Below are positions 27,200 to 39,620 of a stretch of DNA of 64,000 nucleotides, piece by piece; positions within the stretch are counted from its first letter, which is position 1, and the number at the start of each line of letters is the position of its first letter. A program made the translations under genes and the position numbers. The notes beneath the pieces were generated by a model. It was given only the letters and a program-made list of their open reading frames with translations. It was not told where the DNA came from and did no database searches. The DNA lies in NCBI RefSeq assembly GCF_009914755.1, contig NC_060942.1; one strand, given 5' to 3'. The stretch is from the human T2T-CHM13v2.0 reference genome, Homo sapiens.

Positions 27200-27390
27200 A
27201 GCATTTGACCACTGGAACCCGACAGCCATGATTTCTAGCTGTGTGAAAGTGAGTTGACACTCTACTTCTCTGAATTTCAAGTCTGTCGTCTGTAAAATGG
27301 GGTAAGAAGACCCCAAACGGGGATAAAAATACCCATGCTACAAAAGGGAGTCAAGGGTTAAATGAGATAATGTATATGAAGCCTGGCGCT
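27200..27390 (+). mobile_element. MIR SINE
   Basis: 'tagctgtgtga...tctgtaaaatggggtaaga...ttaaatgagataatgtatatgaag'. Confidence 0.75.
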
Positions 27391-28049
27391 CAGGGCCAGG
27401 AGACTCCTCCGATCTCTCACCCTTTCCCCCTTCTCCCTGGGTGGCTGCATCCATTGGCCAGGTTGGCCTCAGGCGCCAACCCCAGCTCACCTTTCCCAGG
27501 TCGATCTGCAGCCTCCTTCCCATGTCCCACTCCTGAAGGAGGGCCGCCAGCTTCCTGCGACTCAACAGACAGACACAGGGGCAGGAGGCCAAGCTTCACA
27601 GTGTCTCCCCGGGGCGCTTGCAACAAGCAAACAAGCAAAGACTGAAATAGGGAAGGTAGAGTTTCACACTCTGTGGGAAGTTTGTGGCAGAGATATTTTT
27701 AGGAGGGGAGAAGGTGGGAGATATTTTTAGGATGGGATGCTTTTCCCATTGCTCCTCCAATCCCACCTCCCTGTGGGGAACCGAGGAAAGGTAGCATTAA
27801 GAGCCGCCTGTGATGAAGGAGGCAGCCGGCACTGCTGGGGAGAAGGCAGCCGCTCTCCGCTTCATCCTTGGGCTGGGACCCCAGATGTTTGACCCTGGCC
27901 AGCCCCTTGCTGGCCTTCCCGACAGAGCCACTTCCCTTTTGGGAGTGCAGCCTGGAGTTCCCTTCCCCCTCCAGGCCACAGCCCCACTCTCCCTTAGGAT
28001 GACCTGAAAGGGAAGTTTATAAGAGGAAAAGGAATGAACGGGATCCTAT

Positions 28050-28530
28050 TTAACAGCACATGCTGGGCGGAGGAACTTCCTGACAGGAACCAATGTGGAA
28101 ACCAGGCCCAGTTTGGCCATGGAAAACTGGTTTGGCTCAGAACTGGCCAGAGTGGAGAGGAGACCTTGGGCAGCTGCACGTCGCAATTAAACTGGACTTG
28201 TCCGACTTCGCTTTCTTTCTTGTCCCCTCTAAGCAAGCAGACACTATAATAATCTGCACACCACAGGGGGTGTGCAGATTATTTTTTTAAGTCTAGGGGA
28301 AAGAAACCCCACCCTCATTTAGGTCACAGAGACATAAAGGGCTACTGGCTAGGCTCAGCAAATCAGGAACAGATGTAGGCAGCGGAGCAGGGCCAGGCGA
28401 GCAGAGCCGCTGCCACCAGGCGCCCAGCCTGAGTCACCCTGGCGGGGAGGGCGGGAGGTGGTGGGCAGGGGTGGCCGTCTTTATTTGTGGGCTTGGGTGT
28501 GGGGTGCAGGAAACAATGCAAACAGAAGAG
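28050..28530. promoter_or_regulatory. Candidate enhancer/weak promoter (AP-1, GC boxes, ETS, SOX)
   Basis: TGAGTCA 28430-28436, GGCGGGGAGGGCGGG 28441-28455, GGAACTTCCTG near 28073-28082, AACAATG 28512-28518; local CpG retention. Confidence 0.45.
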
Positions 28531-28782
28531 TCCCCGGGGCTGGGACAGGCGCAGGGGTGCGGGCAGGTACGGACAGGCTCCCAGTGGCTGCTCTTCTGGG
28601 CCAAAGGATTAAAACAGGCCCTGAGTTTGAACAGGGAGAAGGCTCTGCTCCTCCCTCAGCCTCTTTCTCTCCTTCCCCTGCCCTCCCTCTCCCCCCACCC
28701 AAGAAGACCTTATTTCCAGGGCTGAGTCTGGCTGTGGCTGGCCGGCTGGCCTCCGCCCTGGCTCCCCAACCCCTCTCTTTAA

Positions 28783-29520
<738 letters not shown>

Positions 29521-31637
29521 TGAGCACCACTGGGCACCAAGGGAACCATCAGAGAGAGCCCAGCAGCTCAGAACCGCACAGCCCTGTGTGGGCAGCTGTG
29601 TGCTGAGGCTGCTTCCTTGCACCTTTCTTGTATGGAGAGGAAGGCTTTCATGATACCCTCAGACCAATTGCAGACAGCACTCTGGAACAGAGTAATCTGG
29701 TGTTTCCAGCCCCTACAAACTCTCCAGTGACAGGATGAAGAGAAAAGTAAGGGCCTCTTCTCAAAGGTGCTCTCTATGGCCGAGCAGAGAAAACAGAATC
29801 AAAGCAGTTTTTAGCTGGACGGTTCCAGCCTGGCAAACACAGAGGAAAAATGGCAGGATCAAGGACGCTTGGCTTAAAGGAACGGACACCCAGCTCTCCT
29901 GCTGTCCAGGTCCTCTCCATTCAGTGATGTTTTTGTGATGGGTCACACACTTATTAACATACTGGCACCTTTTGTTTTTTAATTCTCAAATTTCCCTTGA
30001 TCCTTTGACTCCTCTAGTTAATTGAACTCACATCTTTGCCAGCATCAAAATAGGTCATCTATCAAAGTGCGCAGAGAAGAGGGAGGTGGCACAAGGTACA
30101 AGGAGAGAAAAGAGGCGTTTGGCAATTTCCCCAGGATACAGACTTCCATGTGTTTTCTCAACTCTGCCTCCCCCACCCACAGTGCTACAGGCATTAGCAT
30201 GAAGAGGACGCATTTGAGCTTCATCAATGTGCTGGGTAGATGGCACTGCCAAACAGCTCCTCAAGGCATACTGGCCTCCACTTGGTCATTTCTCCCCTCC
30301 CAAATGCCCTTACTGTTCTATGGGAGAGAAAGGACACAAGCTCTCCAGTCTTAGCTGCAGATCTGCTCATTCTTATCCAAAGAGGCTGGTGATGCGACAA
30401 AGGGCTTCAAGCCCAGTGCCCAATAAGGAGAAGCCAGATGGAAATGGGAACAGCCAGCCCAGAGAGGAAGAACATGCTAGAACCTCCACAGGATCTGTTT
30501 GATGCCTGGAGTTCCAGGAAGCACAGAGCAGCCCTTCTTCCCTCACCGTGGGCTTGGCTGAGATCATCGGCTTAGCGATTGCACAGTTTTGGGTTGATTG
30601 ATTCCTCCTCCTGCCTCCCCACTCCCAGGATGGCATCTGGAGGCTTCCCCTGCAGCTGCAGGGAGAGCAAGAGCTCTCAGGCCTGTTTCTGGGTGGAGGA
30701 GGGGCAGGTGACTCCTTTCTACCTTTCCCCAGGTAGAAAGGTAGAAATGACACGACACAGGTCAGCGTCATCCTCCCTGCAGTTGAAAGGGAGGATGTTC
30801 AGGTTAAACAGAAGAGCCTTCAGAGGCCCCACCTGCTCTGTCCGCTAATCTCCCAGCACGTCCAGAAATCAGAAACACCAGTTGAAGATGCCCCATCCTC
30901 CCAAATCCGCTCTCCTAGGAGTTCCCAGCTCTGCTCTCGGGCTGAACATATAATCCATCTTTGTGCACCTAAGAGAGCGCCTCTTGGCATGTAGTACCGG
31001 GTGCCAAAGAAATGTTTGTTCCCTCACTCCACCCTCCCTTAACTTGTTCCTCCCCAGCGCCTGCTCAGGCAAATTCAGCAAATGCCTACCAAATGAAGGC
31101 CTTCTATGAGTCGGGCTCTGGGCAAGGTGCTGCAAGAATGAAAAATAAACATGTTTCTTGTCCCCAAGGCAGAGGGATAATGGGTCCCCACTAAATGAGC
31201 CGCTTCTATGTTCCTAGTGGCTTGTGAGGCACTTTACTCCTGTGACCTGACTTTAGTTTTCACAGCAATGCTAGGAGGCAGCTAATCAGTCTCTAATTTT
31301 ATTTATGAGGAGAGTGAGACTCAACGAGTGAAGGAAGGAATTGACACTCTTGTAGTTGCAACAGGTTCTTTATAAATAACCACAAGGTTTAATGTGGTAA
31401 GGACCTAGAAAAGAAAAATGGAAAGTGCTGGGTGCCTAGAGGAGGGTAAGGGGAGGGAGGTGGGGGGTTTCCAATGGGCAAAGGGCCACTGGCAGTTCTA
31501 TATCCAGGCTATATCTAGGACACTGGTCCCAAATAGAAAAGCAATTTTTAAATATCCAGGACACTGACCCCAAATATTCCCTGCTTTCCAAGCACCTTGC
31601 CAGCCACTGAGATTGTGGGTGAGTGGTTGCCCACACG

Positions 31638-31759
31638 ACTAATTTCCAAAGCAGAGAAGATGCAAGAACCCCATGGGCAGGGAGCAGGGTGAGGGGCTCT
31701 GGGCTTGGCAGGAGCCTAGTTCAAGTTGCTGATGGGCTTTGTCCTCTTGACCCACGGAG
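31638..31759 (+). repeat. Local direct duplication, copy 1 (122 bp)
   Basis: About 92% identical to 33692-33812 by manual alignment. Confidence 0.95.
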
Positions 31760-32183
31760 ACCTTGGGACAGCTATTATGAGGGCTCCACAGGGAACCTTC
31801 TAGACTTGCATGTTGGAGCCAGGGGTCCCAAAATGCACTGCTCTGCTGAGAACCCATGGGATTGCAGGAGAATGTAGTCATTATGCCCTGCCCAAAGCCC
31901 GAACCATGATCCCTTTTCCAACAAATCGAATTCAATCAAGGAAGAAGCTTCAAATAAGTACTAACCTGGCTTTAACACTTCTCCATAATGTCCTACATGT
32001 TTCTGAACTTGGCCAAGACAGCACCTAAGTTCCCTTCCAGCAAAGGTCACAGGAAGAGAATAGAAAGAAATGCACAATATGTTGTTATATGCAAAAAAAA
32101 AAAAAAAAAGCATTTCCTCCTCTATGATTTTTTTTCTTATTCTAAAGGCAATACAGGCTCTCTTTAAAAATCAGAAAATCCTG

Positions 32184-32358
32184 CAGGGGTGGGGTGGAGG
32201 AAATGAGGAGATGTCGGCTAGAGGGTACAAACTTCCAGTTATGAGTAAGTTCTGGAGACCTAATAAAAGTCATGGTGACTATAGTTAATAATAAGGTATG
32301 GTATACTTGAAACTTAAATATTCTCCAGACACACACACACAAAGGTAACTATGTAAGT
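32184..32358 (+). mobile_element. L1MA-type 3' UTR fragment
   Basis: 'gggtacaaacttccagttatgagtaagttctggagacctaat...gtgactatagttaataat...aaaggtaactatgt'. Confidence 0.85.
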
Positions 32359-33691
32359 GGAGGGGGTAATGAAGGTGAGATGGGGGTGGTGCTTAAAAAC
32401 ACCCTACTGGTGATTCAATACGGAACTCCCCCAGTACGCTCACACCCCAAACTCCGTCATTGAGAAACCCTGCAATAAACGCACAAAACCAGGGAGTGAG
32501 GAAGGGCGTGTGGGGCACACCCTATCCAACTTGGCGAGTCTGAGCCTAGTACAGGGCCTGGCATGGAGCAGCTGCTTAAAACACTTGTTGAATGAATGAA
32601 CAGAGAAGTGAAGTGACAAAGTACAGTCAGGGCACATGGAAGGTCACCAAAGAGGGTAGCTGCTTCCAGTCACAGATGCACACGTGGAAGTCGGGGTAAG
32701 TGAGCCCCCAAAGGTGTAAGCACTGAATGTAGTGGTGGCAACATTTGATGAGCACCTGGGTCACCTCGTCCTCACCATCTGAGTTGGGTCTTATCATCAT
32801 CACCTCTCAGCAGGCAGAGGCAGGACTCAGGCCTGCACAATACCCTGCTGGCTCCCTGGTTATAGAGGTAAGATGCTGAGGAGACCCACCAAGAGCCTCT
32901 TTCGGTCCCTTAGCCTCCCCAGCTCACCTGGCTGGGCTCCAGCTTGAGTTTAAACTATGTCTATGCAGAATTAGAGGGGCCCAGGGCACATGAGGGAGAG
33001 TCTTGGGGTGGGGGGGAGGGCAGGCAGCCAAGCATCTGTTGCATGAAGGAACAAGCTGCCCCCCATACCATGACTCTCCCCAAGACAGGTGGAGTAGAAG
33101 GCCAGAAGCTAGAGACTCAGACCCCTCAGGGTTGGAGGTGATGGGAGATTTGTCACTAAGATGGCCCTCTGGCTTATCTCGCATGATTCCAAATACCCAT
33201 CATTCATTCACTCATTCAGTTACACAACACATAATTCTCAAGCTCCTGCAATATATCAGGTCCTGTACAAGGGAAAGGATCCTACCGGGAGAGAGCCCAG
33301 GAAAATCCAAAGGTTCTGTGTCTAACATCTCCGAGACACACATGCAAGGCCCCTTTGGTGGCAGCACAAAGGTGGGAAAGTGTGGCTGTCTGACTCTGCA
33401 GAGAACATGGTGTGGCCCCAGGACCTCTGCTGCCTCTGGGGGGCATACCTTCAGGATGGGCAGGGTACCCTCAACCTTGGTACTGGCACCTTGGCTCACA
33501 CTCCACCGGCAGCATCAGGTCAGCCTTGAGGGCATCGGTGCAGCAGGCCCAGCATAAGAAGAGTGAGTTGGGTGTACTGGGGAGCAGTCGTGGGATGCTT
33601 GGGGGCTCCAAGGGTTGTGGTGAGCACTGCCCCGACTAACTGAAAGCTACAGGAGAACCTCCATTCTCACACCAGAGTGGTAGAGAGAGCC

Positions 33692-33812
33692 ACTAATTTC
33701 CAAAGCAGAGAAGATGCAAGAACCCATAGGCAGGTAGCAGGGTGGGGGGCTCTGGGCTTGGCAGGAGCTTAGTTCAAGTTAATGATGGACTTTGTCCTCT
33801 TGATCCACAGAG
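33692..33812 (+). repeat. Local direct duplication, copy 2 (121 bp)
   Basis: About 92% identical to 31638-31759; directly abuts an L1 fragment. Confidence 0.95.
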
Positions 33813-33814
33813 CC

Positions 33815-34112
33815 CATAAAATTATACAACATGTAACCTTTTGTGTCTGGCTTCTTTCACTAGCATGATGTTTTCCAGGTACATCCATGTTGTAGCATGT
33901 ATTAGTGCTTCATTCATTTTTAATGGCTAAATAATATTCCACTGAATGCATATATCACAATTTGTTCATTCATTCATTCATTCATTCATTGATAGACATT
34001 CGGTTTAGTTTTGACTATTGTGAATAGCGCTGCTGTGAATGTTGATGTACAAGTATTTGTTTGAGTACCCATTTTCATTTATTTTGGGTATATGCCTAGG
34101 AGTGGATTGCTG
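33815..34112 (-). mobile_element. L1MB/MC-type fragment
   Basis: 'ttttgtgtctggcttctttcactagcatgatgttttccaggtacatccatgttgtagc...tgcctaggagtggattgctg'. Confidence 0.9.
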
Positions 34113-36469
34113 TGAGGAATTATAGAATTTCTAGAGCTGGGGTGAACTTAAAGATCAATTATTCCAGTTTTACAGATTGGTAAACTGAGGCCTCAGATGG
34201 CTCTCTGCCTTGTTTGGGATCATACATGCGTCACGATATGATGTATGGCCAGATGCCAAGGGGCCAGTGGCATTTTTCAGTTCAACCACAGGTAAGTCAT
34301 GACTCGTTGCCCTTATTATGGGGTCCATGGTGCCCAGCACAGTGTCTCTTGTACATAGTAGGCACCAGATATTTGTTGAATAAGTGAAATAAAACATTTG
34401 TGCCCAATTTTTTAAAGTGTTACCTATTCTGGAAAGGGAGGCACCCACTATCCCATCTCAGAGATTCAAAGAATCCTGCGGAACAAAGTGTCAGAATAAA
34501 TGGGCCCAGGGTCCACCTCATTGGAGGGGACAAACTCAACTGCAGTGGGATCGTGGGGTACTGGCCACTTCATTTCCTAACCCCTCCCCTCCTGGCTACA
34601 TCAGCACCTCCTCGCCAAAGCAGAGAGGATGAAGCTGGCTGGGCTTTAGGGGCCACAATGGCCTAAGGAGAAGGCAGCCAGCTCACCCATCAGAGCCCCT
34701 CCAGACCCATACTCTTAGCAAAACTGCCTTCACAAAAGAGAAGGGGTGGGCTCCAGCCCGCTGGAAAGGCCTTGGCTCTTGCAGTTCTGCCATTCCACTT
34801 CGTGGGGTATGATGTAGCCTCTAGGACCTGCTTCCTGGGAGGCTACAGGGGAGCCGGGGAAGAGGGACATAGGTCCACTTCCAGGGGGACCGAGCACTGG
34901 CACCTCAGCCAGCAAGAAGAGCCTAGTCTGTGGGCCAGTGGGCAAGTGCCCAGGGACTGCAGGGCATGGGGCCACCTCCTCAGCTTTCCACTCCTCTGAC
35001 AGCAGCACATGAGTCTGTGCTAACGACACCACTGCTCCTCAGCACAGGGAGCAGACGTTACCACACTCTGGCAAGCCCACTGACAGCAGAATGGCGCCTT
35101 TGGGGCCCGCCTGGTGGGGGAGTGACATTCAATGTCTCCATCAGCTGAAGGATGACAGCCCCAGATGGGATCAGCCCTGCATGGAGTACAAGGGCTTCTG
35201 AGCCAGCCTGCTGTCACTCTTAACACTTCAGTCACCTCAGCCCACACCGTCCTGATTCCTGTATCCAAGCCCTCTAGTACCTGGACAGACCCATGTGTGA
35301 CTCTGGATATCTGAGTGCAGACAGCACCCTGCCAGATCCAAGTTGCCCACAAGCGACACGGCATTTGGGTGTTCACTTGTACCCTCTCATTTCACATCCT
35401 TATTTCTCTGTGGGTCCCAGTGTAAGCCCATATTTTTCATGTATTGACTCTCATTAAGGCGAAGCTAAGAGAGCCACAAACAATGCTCTAATTAATGTGC
35501 ATGACAGAAGGAGCAGGCACCTGGAGTTTCCAATTCCTAGGCATCCTTCTACTTTCCATCTAACCCGTCAAGCTGCTTCACCTCTGTGGGCCTCTGTTTC
35601 TGCATCTGTAAAGGAAGGAATGGTCTCTGCACTTCCCCTTCAAGCTCTGAAGTGCCCTCACATGGGGTCTATTATGTAGGTTAGTGGCTGATGTGGCACC
35701 ATGTGACATGAACTGGGCTGTCCTGACACCAGCCACTGTGAGCTTGGCTGGTCCTGCTGGGGCTGCACACAGTGAGGCCTGGGCAAGCCTCCAGAGCCCA
35801 CAAGGCCAGGCAACCCCAGAGCCCATGAGGCCAGGCAACCCGAGAGCCCCAGGTTTCCCCTGGGTCTGGCTGTCCACCTGCTCATCTTTCTCCCTCTGCC
35901 CCTGCCACTGTAGAGAGCCCGGGCAAGCCCACGTGCTTCCTGCTTCTTTTCCCCACTTGAGATTCGTGTATTCTTTCCTCACTCACCCCTGGTTTGATCT
36001 CTCTCATCAAGCATCACTGAAATTTCCCTGGGAGCCTGACACTGGCCAGCCATACAGCTCTCCCTGCAAAGACACCATGGAGCTTCTCCCATTACTGGGG
36101 GTAAATTCCTTGAAATGGATGAGTAACAAAAGCTAAAATTTAGTTCTTCTTGATGCAAATCTTTGAGAAGGGAAGTGGAAACCCTACCTGTGATGAAAAT
36201 GAGACATCAGGAGGCCATCTCTCAGTCTCCAGACAGTCAACAGCCAAACTTCCAGGGAGGCTTAGCATAGCTTGGATCCTGCAACTGGCCCCATGACCAT
36301 TCAGCATGGGGCATCGAGTCTGCACCTTGCACTCAGGTTTTCTGATTCTAGACACCTGTTGTACCATCCATGTCAGGACCAACAGACAAGTCTGATGTAG
36401 CCCAGGAAGGGGAGGCAGTTCCTGGCTGTTTTAAAGGCTGTGGTTTTGCTCATTCTAAATGATTTCTTT

Positions 36470-36615
<146 letters not shown>

Positions 36616-36782
36616 TAAGTGATTTCTTTACAATACCACCATCAAGGCCTTTCTCCCTTCTTTTCCTTCAGTTCCCAATCCTCAGATCTTAACGTGCCTC
36701 CTGAGGTTCAACAGGGGTCCAGCATCAAATTAAGTTCTGCAAAATGTTTTGAACTCCTACCATGTGCAGAAGACTCTGCTTG

Positions 36783-37087
36783 TGCTGTGTGACCTGGAAG
36801 CCATTAGCCACACGAGGCTATTAAGCACTTGAAATGTAGCTGCTCAAACTGAGATGAGCTGCAAGTGGAAGATAGACACTGGATTTTGAAGATTTAGTAC
36901 CAAAAAAAAAGATAGATATAGCATTAATAATTTTTATATGAATTACATGTTGAAATGATATGTTAGATATACTGAGTTAAAATATATTGCAAAAATTAAT
37001 GTTAACTTGTATTTTTGTAATGTGACTATGAGGAACATTTTAAAGTCAGTATGTGGCTGGCACAATATTTCTATAGGACAGTGTTGG
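36783..37087 (-). mobile_element. MER33 (hAT-Charlie)
   Basis: 'agccattagccacacgaggctattaagcacttgaaatgtagct...tatttctataggacagtgttg' matches the reverse consensus. Confidence 0.88.
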
Positions 37088-37729
37088 TCTACGCATTAGA
37101 GGAGGCCAAGAGGAAGAAAACTGGTCCTTATCACAATGGTTTGGGGACTTGGGGGTGTTCCAAGTGAGTTGAAATTAAAACAGTCCCCATAAAGCATTTG
37201 TTTTTCACAAAATTATACACTGTCCCCTTGCACAGCCTATTTGGAGAAGATTCCAACACGCTGAGCCTTATCATAGGGCAACAGAATGTAAGAACATCTT
37301 GAGCATGAGATCTGAGCCATCATTTTTCTCTGCAGGTAAGAATACAGGTAAAACTTCCACAATGGTGCCTGGGAATGATCAAATTGTTAGTCATCTTGGG
37401 TATTTTCAACCCACCTACATTACCGAAGTCCTGTTCCTTATCTGCAGGAACCCAAGATGAGACGGAGCTGTCACCCAGGCCCTCAGCAGGGAAGCAACGG
37501 GCTCAAAGCAATGCTGGAACTGCCTGACAAGGTAGGAGGTGTGTGCAGGCAGGCACAGGTCACTGCCTTCTCTCTGGGATGTTTGCTTGTGTCGAGGCAC
37601 AAGTTAGGGGAATTGTAATATATGTCTATGTATTTTACCCCAGGGAAAGGGAGAAGCTCCAGGTATCTGGAAAGGAGAGAAAGTAAGGCAAACAGCAGAC
37701 TCTGAGTACCTCCCGTGCGCTGGGCATGA

Positions 37730-37860
37730 GTTTTATGTAATCTCATCATCCTCACAATGACCTTGCTGGGTGGGTATGGGCCCATTTTAGAGATGAGAAA
37801 ACTGAGAGTCAGAGGCCTAGAGCAAGGCCTAGAGCAGGTTGCTTTGATGGAGAGCCACAT
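37730..37860 (-). mobile_element. MIR SINE
   Basis: 'cccattttagagatgagaaaactgagagtcagagg'. Confidence 0.75.
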
Positions 37861-38050
37861 GTACACTTCAACTGCCCTCCACAGGAAGGATCTGATGTGG
37901 GAAACTGCTGGGTGAATGAGGTCTGGCCTGGAAGTCAGGCCTCATGTCCTGGATGCAAATTTCATGAGTTGGTTGATTTTGGACAAGTGGCTTTCCCTCT
38001 CTGTACCTCAGTGTTCTTAAAATGAAAATCTAGGTATTGGGAGACATGAT

Positions 38051-38298
38051 CAGTGTTCACCAAACTTTTCCCAACTATAACCCGCTATGACATTTTTCTT
38101 CATGACCAGGATATACATCTGCGTGTGAAGACCTGAAATAAAAGTATTGAATAATACTTACTCTAACTACATATGATGCATGTTATTTTCTATTCTATTC
38201 TTCTTTTCTTTTTTTAATTTTAAAAAGCTAGCGCTATGACCTACTAGATTGATCAAACTATCCATAATAGAGCATCACTTGCAGTTTGAAAAACACTG
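38051..38298 (-). mobile_element. MER103C-like hAT-Charlie element
   Basis: TIRs cagtgttcaccaaact / agtttgaaaaacactg; internal 'aatacttactctaactacatatgatgca...ttttctattctatt'. Confidence 0.7.
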
Positions 38299-39419
38299 CC
38301 TTAAATGATTGATTTCCAAGTAGCCCTCTAGAACCAACATCCCGAGGGGCTGTAATTGATGCCAAACTAACAATCTAGAAGCCTCAGTTGCAGACCAGCT
38401 TTCTTCCCTCCACAGTATTCCTTCATCTCTCTTTCTCTCTTTAGCCCCTCGTCCCCTGCCTGTCCTCACCCACCCTACCCCTCCTCACCCATCCCACACC
38501 TCCTCATACAGAGGCAGCAAAATAAATGCAAAGCATTTCTCTCCATCTAAGGGAAGGGTACGCTGGAGACAGAGAGAAGGACTAGAGGAGGCTGCGGTGC
38601 AAAGTTTGTGTCTGACCCCACTCACAGAGCCCTGTTTCCATAGGCCATTTGCTGGGACATGGAAATCTCTAATCACTGAATGCTTCTCTGTAACGGAATT
38701 TGTCATAATGGGGCTTTACTGCTCCATACAGCAGCAAAATCCATTTCAGTGCCCTTAAAAAAATGAAATTAAAGAAGTTCCCCTGACTGTAAATGGTGGC
38801 TGGGTAAGGAAACTCCTTTGTTCCTTCTGATTATGAGGTTATAAAGGGCCTTATTTTAGCAACCCATATTAGGAACTTACTTTCCCCTCCTATCTTGTCC
38901 CTGAAGAAAGGAAGAGCTTCAGTGGACCCATTTGGTGAACTTCCAATCCTGTTGGTTGAAGCAGGCCTTTAAACACGACCTGAGACCGACTCTCCAGGGT
39001 CGTCGCAGGGACAGCCTCCTCCCTTGTGCCTATGGAAGGTTTCCACACCGAAGGAAACTACCAGAACCTTCTGCAGGCATGAGGCCTCCTCTGCACCCAG
39101 CTTCCTTTTCCATTACCCCTGGGTGGGTGTCCCACTGTGCTGAAGGGTGGTGTTGAGGAAGGAAGCAGTGGGGCACGTCTCCTAGCCCCGGAGCAACTAA
39201 GGAGAGAATGAAAGGTCTCAGGGAAGGTTCAGCCTTCCGAGGCCTCACCCTGGGTCAGAGGAAGGCGGGGCAGTGGGGAGCAAAGATCAGGGGCCAGAGG
39301 TCGGGGGACTGCAGAAATGAGGTCCTGCCAGATGATATGCCATCCCCTCCCCACGATGGGGGCTTAGGTCTCTTCGCCCTGTTGTTTTGAGTAAGTTTCA
39401 CATCACACTCTATTTCATT

Positions 39420-39620
39420 TCACTTGTCATATTAGGAAGCGGCCATCTTTAGCTCTGGGTTGACTCACAGCAGTGGCGGCAGGTGGCTCTTGAGGTCCCT
39501 GCAGCTCCTCTGCTCCTCTGACCTGACTCCACTGGGCATGTCTGCACTTTTCTGGGGCATCCAGCATGAACCTGGACCCACAGTATGCCTGTGAGCCACG
39601 GAGGAGTGAGTGACTCAGGC
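39420..39620. promoter_or_regulatory. Candidate enhancer (YY1, ETS, 2x AP-1)
   Basis: AGGAAGCGGCCATCTT (ETS overlapping YY1), TGACTCA at 39461 and 39611. Confidence 0.4.

Noticed and set aside
33003-33557. 184-aa ORF
   Set aside because: Non-ATG start, crosses an L2-like (TCAT)n tail, no similarity to anything I recognise
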